Assembly: GCA_013115145.1 (NCBI GenBank)
Contig: JAAPAO010000134.1
Location: 2,620-66,619, forward strand
Direction: 5' to 3'
Length of the DNA stretch: 64,000 nucleotides
DNA from: Perkinsus chesapeaki ATCC PRA-425
Taxonomy: Eukaryota > Protista > Perkinsozoa
Positions within the stretch are counted from its first letter, which is position 1; each line of letters starts with the position of its first letter. Positions 14,669 through 27,800 of the stretch are shown one piece after another. The notes under the pieces are model-generated. The model was not told the DNA's origin, did no database searches, and was given only the letters and a program-made list of their open reading frames with translations. The position numbers and the translations under genes are program-made.

Positions 14669-15365
14669 AATAATATTAGTTTATAACAACAATAAAATCA
14701 CTAATGGACAATAATAATAATATAACAAATAAGATAATAGTAGTGGGAAGGGGGACAGAGGATTTAATGTGTACGAGAGAACTAAGAGCGGATAATAATG
14801 ATATAACTAAGTACGACTATGCCAACAATGACAAAAGCAGACATACCAAACCACTTTCAACAGTGTTCGCGCTAGTCACTAAGCGCGATAGGGACAGCTA
14901 GCCTACAATTCCGACACAAAATGACGATGAATTCTCGTCGCTCATGCGGAAGTTGAACTGTGTTATTCGATTGCTTCCCCCCCACAAAAGCTGCGACTCT
15001 ACCAACTGCAGCTCCCATTAAGAAAAATTTGAGTATGCGGTACGTTCAGTTATCCGGCTTCACCGAATCAATGCGACAAAACTTCTCTCAAGTCTTCTAC
15101 GTTTATAACACAATGAAAACGGCCTAGTCGCTTTTCGTGGTGCTGATTAAGCTTAAATGCTACGTGCACGCGTACACCTTAGATACCAGACTATGCTAAA
15201 CAGAATAGACACCAATCGAATTCAATTTCCAGAGACCATCTTTCTATTAAATTGCACACAACCGGAGACAACGGAGACATCTTAGGGCTCTTAATCTAGC
15301 TTGCTTAGCGCTGACCTGCCAGAATCTTCTTCACGACGATGGGTGCCTCAAGACACTCTCAACAT

Positions 15366-15437
15366 GGCTGTGTGGTCTAGTGGTATGATTCTCGCTTAGG
15401 GTGCGAGAGGTCCCGAGTTCAATTCACGGCACAGCCC
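15366..15437 (+). tRNA. tRNA-Pro (anticodon AGG)
   Basis: GGCTGTG/CACAGCC acceptor stem, TGGTCTAGTGGTATGA D-arm, TCTCGC-TTAGGGT-GCGAGA anticodon arm, GTTCAATTC T-loop. 72 nt, with one A:A mismatch in the T-stem. Confidence 0.93.
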
Positions 15438-15899
15438 ATTTATACACAACACTTGATAGTGAGAAACGTCCCTCCCTCCATCTTTGCATTAAATTGTCAC
15501 AAATCTGATATCAATAATTCGCTCATACGATCTCCTGTGTCACCAGCAACTAAACAGAGTGTAAATAAACTTCCTTGAACGAGCCTCCTGAATGCCACTA
15601 GGGTGTTATCGCCTACCAAAGCGACCCAAATGCGCTCTAACGAACCCAGTCAGTCGGAAAACCACCAGTCTCTCCCAGCGAAGACGTCACTTTCCCTTCT
15701 AGACGCCACAGCGTCCCTGTCTCTACTCTTCACTTTACAAAACAAGTCGTTTTATTATATTCCCTCCACTATTTTCCTTTATACCCCCCCATCAACACAT
15801 CTAGTTGGTGTTGACAAACAATGCGCAAATGCCTCCAAACCAATGACCAAAATGTTGAACTTGAAAAATATGATGGAGAGCTCAGACAGTATTTTCCGG

Positions 15900-18800
15900 G
15901 AAAATTTCAGAGCCAAGCGAGTTGAGCTTTCCAACTAGCGAAGGCATTCGCACACTGAACGATCTCTCCCTTTTACCCTCGAATGCTCCTGTAACGCATC
16001 ACTCGAGGTATCTGTCCCAAATGGACACAATGCCATCATACCAAACTTCCAATGCTGAATGCCAAATGGTATACCAATAATAGTAATGAAACAGACTAAT
16101 CCCACTGACACAAAAATAACAAATGGTATAGCAAGTGCTTCTATCGCCGACCATTATAAGCACACAAATTCGGGATAATAATCAAGTACACGAAGATAAG
16201 TAATTTTATTAGTTATCAACAACTACTGCAACTACGAGCATCAACCGATTAGTAAGGACATATTTCTACATGTCGCCTACTGCATCGCTCATTCGCTGAT
16301 ACCCGATCACTTTTCATATGAGCACGCAAATCGCCCAATCGTCTCCAGCTCTGCTATTACAGGCAAAATGGTAAATACAGAGCACCAGCCCTAATGGGAA
16401 CCACAGAATATTGGCCACCATTCTTGTAGTGCATTCGCAGGTATCAACTGCATTACGACGCAATACTGTTTTGCCGAATGGTAAAAGTATCTAAAAGTCA
16501 AATTACCGTTGTAATGGTTGTAGTACAATTTCGGCAAATTTCCGGAAACCCACAAATTTCACTTATACTTGTCCGAGCTCCCTAAAGGACTGAGACAGAC
16601 AGAACCGGAAGCCTGCTATTTAATCATCGAACTCGTTAATAAAAGACTCGATCGTTCTTTTGTCCAAGAAAATAACATTTTGAAAAGATCTCCAAGATCA
16701 TTATTACTCCAAACCTTGAGGCGCCCTAAACTCGTAGATTAACTTATCAAATTTCTTGTGATAAGCTATATGCCGAGCACCCATGATAAAGCACTACGCT
16801 GCAAAAGCTGGAATAAGATACGATTGTGAAGGGGATACAATTGACGAAACAAACAGGCAACCTTCACGACTATGTGAAGATTGCTTTGTTGCTCATATGA
16901 ATATGGATGTGTTGTTGTTAATGTATATTACTGAGTTGTATAATAATATTGTGATCCCCCTTTACTACCAGCCACCCCAGTTTAAAGCACTGCAATCCGA
17001 AAGGTATGCCCACAATAGTGATGCAACACACTATTCCGATAACCACCCCTAAAATAATAAATATCATAATTATAGTATTATTAATAATATAAATCTGCAT
17101 CAAAATGCACATAAAAAGTGTTTTGGGTGTTCGGATTCGGCAAATTGGATCCCATGATAAGAGACCTTTCTAAGAAACTAAGTCAAAACTAGTCATACTT
17201 GAGATATGAATCGATTGCCACGAAGCGCGCGGTCTAGATGACGCGTACTGTACTATACAAGAAACTGAAAACCTGCAATAGTTTAGCAATCGAGCAGCAG
17301 CCTTTAATAGTCTCCTAATGAGATTGATATTCATATGCAACTTCGATAATGGACGTACTATTGGCTGTGGTAAATCAAACTATCGCCCTTGGAACTCATA
17401 AGTGTACAAGGTGTATGAGATGGCTCATTGTAGTGACACTTTTTCACCTTTTATACATTATTACGAATCATTTAAATGGTATTATTAATATTCATCACAA
17501 ACTAACAATTATTTCATGATATTACGATGTGAGATTGGTAACGATACGATTGATATATCAATAATATATATATGCTTTGCTTTGTAGTTATACAACCCTA
17601 GCGAGCTCCGCCCCTTCGCACCGAAGACCTAGTAATATATATGACACTAGATAGTTATCACTGTCATGGAAAACGATATAAAACAGCGCCGAATCTATTA
17701 CCAACTAATCCAGTAGTAACTATTAATAGTATTACATATTAAAAAGCTTTCCCAACCAAATAAAACCAGCCACAGGAGATTACAGGACCAATCACCACAC
17801 CCTCTGCCATCCACTATATGATACGTTCGAATGGTCTGAACCTAAAAAACCATCAACATGAATCCTTTATCCCTTCGCATGCCATTCTTATTTTCTTTAA
17901 AGTTCAACTCGCCTCCTCACTATTCACCAAGTTATGACGTTAATACAGAGCAACCGAGAATTACATAATTTTTGAGCAATAACAACATTACACGTATAAT
18001 AGTATGTACCATAAAAAGGTAGTAGATTAGCAAACGTAAGGTATCAGTAATGAAAAGTTCAACTCACCATTTCAACCTACACAGAGATAAGTCAAACGCC
18101 TGTAAGAGGCATTCTGCAATGCAAAATATAACTGATAGAGAAAGACAGAAAAGTGACGTATAGATACAGTTGATAATAAATACCTGTTTTCTACGATAAG
18201 CGAAATAATAAAATTACCCTCCACACACTCGTTTGTCAAAACCGCCCGAGCTCCGCCAACTCCCGGAGAAGGTCCAGTGACTACCACCTTACCCTTGTAA
18301 CAGTATTAGGGACATAGTACGTCAATACTAACAATATTTTGCACTTGATATAATAAGTAGAGAACGCCGAAGAAGTTATGTAATTACTAACAAGATTCTG
18401 TGTCATAACCGCCTTACCCTTGTGACTGTATTGGGAGCATAATATGGATTTCGAGGGGGTGGCGGCGCTTGGACTTGAGGATACATCAAGTAGAACAACA
18501 AAATAGCTCTACACTAGAACCTCGTTAACTGATACAGATGTTCCCAGACTGTTACCAGCCTCCACTTGTTTGGATTGGGACCCTACAATACCACTATACC
18601 AGTTGTATTAAGTTGGCTATCAACGCCCCGACTATATCAGTAATATATTAATTAACCAAAACGAATAGCACCACGATTTGGAGACTCCTAACAGTGTTAG
18701 GAGTTGGTCTGTTAGGCTAAGACCATAGAAACAGACCAAGTCGATCAAACCAGGGCCTTAAATCGCCTCACAAGAACCTGTTGCTTGTTAAGGAAAAATT

Positions 18801-19050
18801 GTTGAAATTTTGCGAGACCAAAAACCAAATATAAATATATTTCCTGCTCTACCACTCCCTCAACAATAATATAAACAAAACGAATATGATAATACAACGA
18901 TAAACATTACACTACAGGAAATAATCGAATCATTCGATATATAACATCTTATATGATAAAATACTTATCGAAATAACAACATTACCACACTACATATCCA
19001 ACATACCCTGTACAGTATGGTGGGCATGTAGTGTTGTATACATACCAGTC
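15900..19050 (-). CDS. YccF-family (inner-membrane-component domain) protein with two tandem YccF repeats and a low-complexity N-terminus
   Basis: Spliced exons 17841-15977 read NLLWLVLFGWESFLI|WVVIGIVCCITIVGIPFGLQCFKLGWL|ILLPFGK...ANILWFPLGLVLCIYHFA|LGLVCFITIIGIPFGIQHWKFGMMALCPFG, i.e. two copies of NxLW...ITIIGIPFG.Q.FK...L.PFG. The N-terminal exons (18000-19050) and the last exon are approximate. Confidence 0.75.
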
Positions 19051-19433
19051 GTATACTACATACTGTATATACATACTGTATATACATACATACATAATAC
19101 AATTCCCACTCAACATGACCAGAATCAAGTCACATGCTGACCGGTCGAAAAAATTAACGAAACAAAGTGAACCCACGAAAGGTGAAGTAAATAAATAATA
19201 CTATCACACTAATATGAATTAAATCTTTTAAATGTATGCCTTTCAAAACTCACTGTTAACCGCTCAACCACGATGTAATAAGTGCGGATGTCAAAAATTC
19301 CTCATCCGTCACACCTCCGTATTACCAACACTTTTCGATCCCCGAAGAACATGTTTCCATTTCCCCATTAATTAATAAACCCAAGCCATTTCCAATCCGC
19401 GAAAATCATCCCATCAACGCTGTTTTTACGTTA

Positions 19434-20971
19434 TTACGCAGCAGCACTATTGCTAGCTGCGTGCATCAACGTGATATTATCACCCTTAAGTAGAATCCTC
19501 CCTACAGGGCGACGAGTCTTCTTTTTAGTGTTCACCTACATCAACAAAAAATTCATATTTTCAATAACTTTTTCGACAAAGTGTTTTTGATCAACCTAGA
19601 CTCGATTGTCCAGTATAACATGAGTCGCATTGAGCCACTGTTTTCCGAACAAACAAAACGAAATCTTACGAATTAATCACTCCAATATAGCTCGTTTGAC
19701 GGATTGCAAATGATTATTAATCTAATAACTTCATATTTCTTCTTTCATTTCCTATAGTGCTCAATATTTACAGGATTACTTTCGATGATCCCCCATATTC
19801 ATAACGAACTGCGAAATATACCGGCCCCATGTATTAATCTAAACTAACACGCTGCTAGCCTTCAGCAGCTATCACCAAGTCACAAGAATGGCGAATCGAA
19901 AGGTATATAACAGTCAAATCTCGAAGGAATTGCTCTTTCGCCAATCCCCAAATAGTTGTGACAGTCCACTGTCGCAACTGAATTGGACGTTGAGAAGTAT
20001 AATCCTTGAATAGTACATACTGTGAAATATAATAAACTAAAATTTATAAATATTATACTTTTGAGTAGCTAGAATTAGTTCATGGTATTATCATTTTTTG
20101 AAAGCATTTCTCCATTTCCCTTATAACCTCCTCAGCATCATCCAACACCACATTCATATACTCATCAAAACCGAGAATGACGCCTTCCATGCGGAGGTCC
20201 TTATGGTCATATCTGAGGGAAATACGGTATGAAAAGACTACCATATGCCGTCATTCCGATGCATTTACCAACAATGCTAATATGAATTAAAGCATATACA
20301 GTATCCTTATACTGCAAATAATACGAGTACGTTGACAAAACAAGCAAGCCATCAACCTCAAATGTGCAAGACAAACGGTGCGATAATTTATATTCAATAT
20401 CAATACTATATAATAAGATTACATCAATAAAAAATATTATGGCATATAATAATAAAATACTAATAGAAAATACTATATTATAATAATTAATAGGAAATAT
20501 CTATATTATAAAATATTAATAGAAAATATCTATATTATAAAATATTAATAGAAAGTATTTATATTATAAAATATTAATAGGAAATACTATATTATAATAA
20601 TTAATACGAAATATCTGTATTATAAAATATTAATAGGAAATACTATATTATAATAATTAATACGAAATATCTGTATTATGAAATATTAATAGGAAATATT
20701 TATATTATAATAATTAATAGGAAATATCTATATTATGAAATATTAATAGGAAATATCTGTATTATAAAATATTAATAGGAAATATCTATATTATAAAGTT
20801 TAGCCAAAAATAGCCTCTCCCTCGTATCATTACAGCCAAACCACAATCCTCGTCTTTTCAGTAAGATACCTAATAAAATCGATCATTATTTTAACAACGG
20901 AAAATGTACTACCTGAAAATAAGATTGATAGGCATGGTCATGATCTTTTGGAGCTTCCTTTTGGACATCAT
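19434..20971 (-). CDS. SNRPE: Small nuclear ribonucleoprotein E (SmE), 4 exons
   Basis: [19 protein letters not shown]|[12 protein letters not shown]|[28 protein letters not shown]|[33 protein letters not shown]; all junctions GT-AG and in frame. Confidence 0.95.
20455..20797. repeat. AT-rich minisatellite, ~28-29 nt unit (aatattaataggaaatatctatattata-like), ~12 copies, in SmE intron 2
   Basis: Directly visible imperfect tandem units with no spacers. Confidence 0.9.
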
Positions 20972-21026
20972 CTTTAATAAGGGGTAATCACAAAAGAAGA
21001 CAACTCTACAACAAAAGTTCGTACCG

Positions 21027-21124
21027 NNNNNNNNNNNNNNNNNNNNNNNNNNNNNNNNNNNNNNNNNNNNNNNNNNNNNNNNNNNNNNNNNNNNNNNNNN
21101 NNNNNNNNNNNNNNNNNNNNNNNN
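21027..21124. other. Assembly gap (98 N)
   Basis: Run of N between the SmE 5' end and a 44-nt tandem repeat; probably a collapsed repeat. Confidence 0.99.
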
Positions 21125-21243
21125 AGCTCCTTTATAAACTAATATTAAAATGCTATAATATCTCATACCGCTCCTTTATAAACTAATATTAAAATGCTAT
21201 AATATCTCATACCGCTCCTTTATAAACTAATATTAAAATGCTA
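21125..21243. repeat. 44-nt tandem repeat (ctcctttataaactaatattaaaatgctataatatctcataccg), ~2.7 visible copies abutting the gap
   Basis: Two exact units plus a partial unit. The sequence before the gap ends in taccg, like the end of the unit. Confidence 0.9.
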
Positions 21244-21864
21244 CACTATGCTATAAAGGTAGACATATTAGTCTCCCTTACAAAAGCTATACGAGACAAT
21301 TATCATAAGCAAAATAATAAATAAAAGGACAATATATAATACTATTGATAAACAACCAAACGACCTGCTCCACAAACGTCAGGACTTCGCCACCAACTAC
21401 TGTTCACATTTACCAAGTATACTGTTTTCGCAACCAAAAATAACTCTTGATCATATTACATTAGCAGTAGTAAACTACTTCATAAAAATATACAATAAAA
21501 AAGTATTTATTATATTATTATGCATTTTCGAATCGTTATCAAATACTACTAAAAATAACAAACCATTCGTGACCAATAAGCAACTAAACATCTTCTGCCG
21601 AAGGTAATCAAATTTGACCCCATGTCGGAGAGAAATACGACACAGCTTCTTAAAGAAATTCAACAGCTGGCAATCGACTCGCCCAGTTCTAAGCATACGT
21701 CGAGAAATCGATACCTCTCCGACGGGTCTATGGGATTTCTGTGAACGAGACAATCGATCATCAGCGCAGGAAAAAAACCGCGCGCCCAAAAATATAAAAA
21801 ACGCAACCAAAACTGAGAGTAATAATGATACGATAATTATTATTGAAATGTGAGAAAGGTGTGA

Positions 21865-24800
21865 TTAGTCATCATCTGGCGTGGTAAGGCTCCACACCTC
21901 CACATCTTGAATGATAAAGTCTTCGCTTGATGCTAGTGGGTCGGAGTTATAAGTTAGGCAGTGACCGGTGGAGCCCTGAGGTCGATAAACAATGTAAAAT
22001 GTCGTAAACTGCTGCGCGTGTTTCAACAATATTTTTTTATTTGTTCGGTATGCAATCTTATTAGAGACCATTCCATTAGAACAACTCGGCTCATCGATTC
22101 TATCAAGATACCTCTCTAATAAAATCGTATCGCTTGTTTGACTGTCATTATAGTCCCACTTAAGTACGAAAATGCACCCCGTGGGTGCGCGGAAATGCAC
22201 ATGGCAAATTTGATAACAGCTCGTAGTTATAAGTATCACTATTACTACTAATAATTTTACATATTATCATTAGTTAACCTAATCATATTTTTATATCTTC
22301 ATGTTTGTTGCATACTAAAAGAGTCTCTTGGCGTGTACTAAAATAACACGTCAGGGAAGGGACGCAGCACCATCACACTAGTGCTTCTGCCCCTGACTAA
22401 AACGTCCCAACGTCGCCCACTACTGTTGAGCAACAACCCAGCACGCGCCCTTTTGAAGACCTTCCGGATTCCACGACAAGACACACTTCCAAGGTACATA
22501 GGAGGATCAAATAAAAGCTCAATTCCGAAATAAACCAACAAGTGCGAGTTACAGTTGCACAAAAATTCATACTTTTAGATTAAACAATAATAGTAATAAT
22601 TTAGCAGGATTAAAATTTGATTTACCAAAGTGTGCATGGATTAATATTACTAAGGGTGTGGTTGATATTAATTGTCCTGATAATGCTATAGGGTCACTTA
22701 ATAATGTTAAATATCTTGGAAGTGAAACTTATACATATCTGGGTATTCCTCAAAATTTGTTACCGAATAAGGATGAGGTATACAATAATGTTAAAAATAT
22801 ACTTTGCAAACGTATTCAATTGATTTTAAAAGTCAAATTATCTGCAGTTGATACAATTGAAGCAATAAATACATGGGCCATACCAGTTGTTTATTATCCA
22901 ATCCAAGCTGGATTGTTGGGGAAGAATAATGTTGTTAATTTCGATTGAAAAGTGGAGGTCGTGGATTAATTAATATTGAGGATATTTGGATAAAATTTAC
23001 GATTAAGATTAGTCAATATATAAAGGATAATAATATTATTAATTATATTCCTCATATTAGAACAACTAATCCGCTAAATAAAACTATTAAAAGAGCGGGG
23101 AAAATTAAATCTAATTTTGGATGGAATGTAAATGAAGCTCCTAATAAAAATGATTTTAAATTTGATGAAAATCGGAAACAGAAACTTTTGGAAATACCGG
23201 CAGCAGGTAGTTGGTTAAAGAAAATCGTATGTTTAGGAACAGAAGGTGTTGATGTTGGTTCTTCGTTGAATTGGTTGTCTAGAGTTAAAATATCTCCTCA
23301 GCATGAATCAGGTATATGTGCGCTCAGAACACTATCAATTCATACAAACGCGTTTCCTGTGGCTAAAGAAAATGTTTGGTGTAGATTGTGTGGCGTTGAA
23401 GTTGAAACATTATATCATATAGCATCTTCTTGTAGGACTCTTGCGAACGCAGAATATTTAGATAGGCATAATAGAATTGCTAGACTAGTATATAGAGCTT
23501 GCTGTGAATTGCTTGGTATTGAGTTTCAGGATAGATGGTGGACGACAAGACCACCATGTGTTTCATCAGACAGAGGTAGTTTATACTGGGACCAGCCGAT
23601 TCATACCATTCACTCTACTGATCATTATAAACCTGATATTTTATGTGTTCTTGATATTAGAAAAATAGTTATTGTTGCTGAGATAGCTGTTTCCAATGAC
23701 TTTGGAGTTATTAGGAAAGAGGAAAATATCAACATACTCTGTTACAAGAGTTAGCATTGTTATATCCGGGGTATTCAATTAAAATAGTACCAATTGTTAT
23801 AGGGGTTACTGGAGTTATTTCCAAATCACTGCCGAATGTGTTGAAAAATGCATTTTTATCGGCTGTTGATTTGCTTACATGTCGACGTGTGGCTAGTACT
23901 AGTACTATCCATATCGTTAGACGTGTATTGGGGGGCCCTCCTGTGGGCATATTATAAATAGATGTTATGGTCATACTGTTTGCTTTTGCCGCAGTATTGA
24001 TCTGATAGTTGGTAGAATCTATTTTTATCAACTATCATACCAGCTTAGGCTGTGCGTCCGATAATAGTAATAATATCTCCAACTATTAGTAATCACAATA
24101 ATAATCACTTGTCTTTTAACAACAATAATAGTAATGCAAACATTCTCATTTCTAACTCGTGAGTGTCGTCACTTGAAATTTTATCATGACAGTCAGGAAT
24201 GTGACGCTAAATCGATCAACCGTTTCATGCCTATCCTGTGAGGCTGTCACGTCGGCTGTCCCCATATATCTTACCCTCAGCCAGGAATCATAAATGCATA
24301 TCGCACTCGAGCCGCCTTTGCCACCACCACCAATAACAAGGCGTCCTTCATCACCATACTAAACAGGCAATAACCAACGTCACGCGCCACGAAATTGCTA
24401 CTTGAAAAAACTCATTCTTGCTGCTCCACGGATAAACTGTTACATTTCCTTTTTCGTATCCATGTTTTCCAAAGGTAAACACCCAGCTTTCGCCTGAAAA
24501 AAGTCACTGCGCCACGAAATTCAATCACACCCTACCGTTGCCGCAAAACTTTCCCGACTTTCTCCACTGGCTCATACACAGCGCGCCGAACACCGTTCCC
24601 TCCGTGTCCTTTATCAGCAAAATTGATGGACAGGGCATACGCTCCATGTGCCTAAAATAGAAAGTAAACCCGCGGACGTTCGAACCATGAGACGGCCAAT
24701 TCTGAAATATTCTGAACACGAATTCAATTGAAATTCGCATCAATTCGAATTTGGACAGAGCGCAAAGGTCGAAAAAATCTTGCTCGCCCTAACTCGGTAA

Positions 24801-27800
24801 CGGTTCGTGATCGATTATGACAGTATACATAAAAGGTTTTGTCATGCTTAGGACTCATCATCTTGGAAGTTTCATGTTCGTAGTCGCTGAAATGATAAAA
24901 TTAGAACATTTTTTCCGTTTTGGACTACCAAAATCAAAAACACTGTATTTCATTCATAAAACGTTTCATTATTCCCAGCTATGCTCCCTTGGTGTGCATT
25001 CGGCATGACATTCGATGACTATGATAAGTCCCCAGGGGTGGGGTTCTGCACGGTTCCCGACTGACGCACTCGAGGCCATATTGGTCTCAAACAACAACAC
25101 AAAAGAACTAACTGTTGGCAAAAGAAATGAACCTTCGCCAAGATAATTTGAGTTAAATACCGTAGTTTGATAATTTGCTTCTAAATTGACAAATTTTTGA
25201 AAATTTCGTATTTCTATGAAATGATTTCTCGAGTCAAAACTGACTTCAGAATCGAACTCAGCGACGCTGGTTCCATAAGGGAGTTCAAACAGCTCACCGT
25301 GGCGACCATTGTTTCCATCTCAGAATCGCCAAAGAATTCCGCCCGTGTGCTAATTTAGTTTCCTAATGATCATTTGGCTATCAAATGCTGATCGTTGCAA
25401 TAATTCCTACTCCTACTATGGCGTAGTAATCGTAGAAGTGACCAAATTTGAATAAGAAACAATCTTAAATGAAAATCATTTTTTTTCGTTAAGAATGACG
25501 GCTCCCCTAATAACTATGAAACTAGTAAAACGAATCTCATATAATATTATCCCTCAATCAGAATGAGTCACTGCGCCACGAAATTACCTGTAGAAGTTAT
25601 CCAGGGAGATACCATGTACCTTCGGCGAGTATGACAGAACCCATTGCTGACAAAAAACTAAATTCGACAAAAGTAATGATATGAGTGAAATGCAAGGAAG
25701 CGAATTGGAGGAGGGATAAGTCGAGCTATTATTTTTTCCAACAGTCTGGTGAAAAAAATTGATATTATTTTGATAATATTTTTCCTTTATTTTCTAAGAT
25801 TGTAACTCACTAACGCCATAAGTCGCTTTTGGCCTCACTGGTTTACAATCGATTGATGGATCGACACCCGATAAAGTCTGACTACGCGTGCAGATACTCA
25901 AATGATGAGCCTGCGTTTGCCCGGGTGAGGGGTGACCACCACGATAGAAGGCAGGAAACGGCGATAGATCTTCCGTAAAGTCTTACCGTAAATCTAAGCA
26001 TGATTGGTAAATGCTCCGACAGAGTGGCCGCCGCCTTCCTAGTTAGCAACCAAGGATCTTTGACCTCCAAGTGACTGACAATATCACAATAAATACCGTC
26101 ATACCTTTTCTTCCACTAACTTCTGAATATACTGCTTTGCGCTCTCGTCATCGATCGGAATTGTCAAAAGAGGTGCTGTGGCTTCATCAACCTCATCTTC
26201 CGACGACCCTTGTAGCTCACTAATAGGGACCACGCTAACCTGGAGAACAATTTCGCGGCGGGCGACTTTCATTCCTACTCTAGATGAGACTGTCGGCATC
26301 CCAGGACGTCCCTTGACGTCTCCCTTATCGCCGCCTTTCTGCTCATTCCCGTTCATACCGCTCTCTTCTACAACAAGCGAGCTTTCCATGATATACCTCT
26401 CTACGACGTACCATCTCCCAAGCCCATTTTTGCCAGTTCATCAACAACCGCGCTGCAACTGAATGGCACTTCTGTGAGGGTGCTTAATTCTGCCGGTCCA
26501 CCGTCAACTGAGAATTCAGTTTCTAAGGGATCGATATCGACCACGACCGTACCTCTCCTGGCCTCGGTAATGTCGTCTATTATATCAATCAAACCATGCG
26601 CCACTTTATAAAGCTTTTCTCGACTCGGAAACTGAGTACGCATAATTACGGGGACATAATACTAAAAATTTTAAATAAAGTATTTAACCACTTTTTCCAG
26701 TTCACCTGTGACACCCCAAAATGCTCAACTCTCAGGCAATCAAGATTCTCAATAAAAAAGCCCTATACCGCAACCATATGACAATGCCACGATGACATCT
26801 TTTGTATCTCTCTATCGGCAACTAGTTCTTCAGTAAAAATGCAAGTTAATATTTTCCCCTCTTCCCGACGTACTTGAAACACCACAACATTATCGTCAGG
26901 TGTCGGTGGGGTTTCCCGCTGCTGCCGCTGTTGTCGAGCCTTCGTCTCGCCTGGACTGCCGGCGTCACTTCGGTCCGAGACGCCTTCTGACGCCACTCGA
27001 TGCTTACGTCGACCATGCAGCGTTGTCAACTAAAGGGAATCAATTAAATGGGGCTTAGAGGGAAAATATGAATTAGTAATACTAACACAAAATTTTCCTG
27101 CAAACCGGGTTTTTTACAAACCCAAACCCGGAAAGAATCCGAATTACTGATTTATAATGATAAATTGGATTAATGGACATATTATTAAAATAATATGGAC
27201 ATATATAGACACGGGAAACTTGAGAAGGGAGTAACAGTAATTCCAATTCTTATCGCTACCATGAAACTATAGCTTGTATAAAGTAATAAAGAGAATAAAG
27301 TATGACAATAAAGTATGAAGTAGCCTTAAAGTTGATTTAAGGTTCACAATTATAAGAGGACAAACAATCCGGATGCGATAAGGGTAACAACCATTATCCC
27401 TTCCCGTCGGGGGGTCCCCGATGAAATTGACTATTTCCTTTACGATGACTATTTTTCATCTACCGTAGCAAATTATGTGCTGCAAATAGGCATATCTAAA
27501 TCGAACAACCGTTTCATGTCATTACACTGCCTCTAGAATCACCGCGCCGGCATCAGGTCCGCCTACCTGAAGCTGCAAGAAATGCGCTGCATACTCATCG
27601 GGGTCAACTTCACCGTAATGACCAAACGCACCTGAGGAAAATTCAGTATGAGCGAAGAGTGAGTTTCGCAGCAGACCCTTTATGGGCCGGAGGATTTGGT
27701 GGAAACCGGAGAAAATGCTATCTTTTCGTTCGCCAGGGAAAATTCGTATTGAACTTCGTAACGCATCAAAATCTAAACGGCGCCGCGAAGCTCTAAAGGC

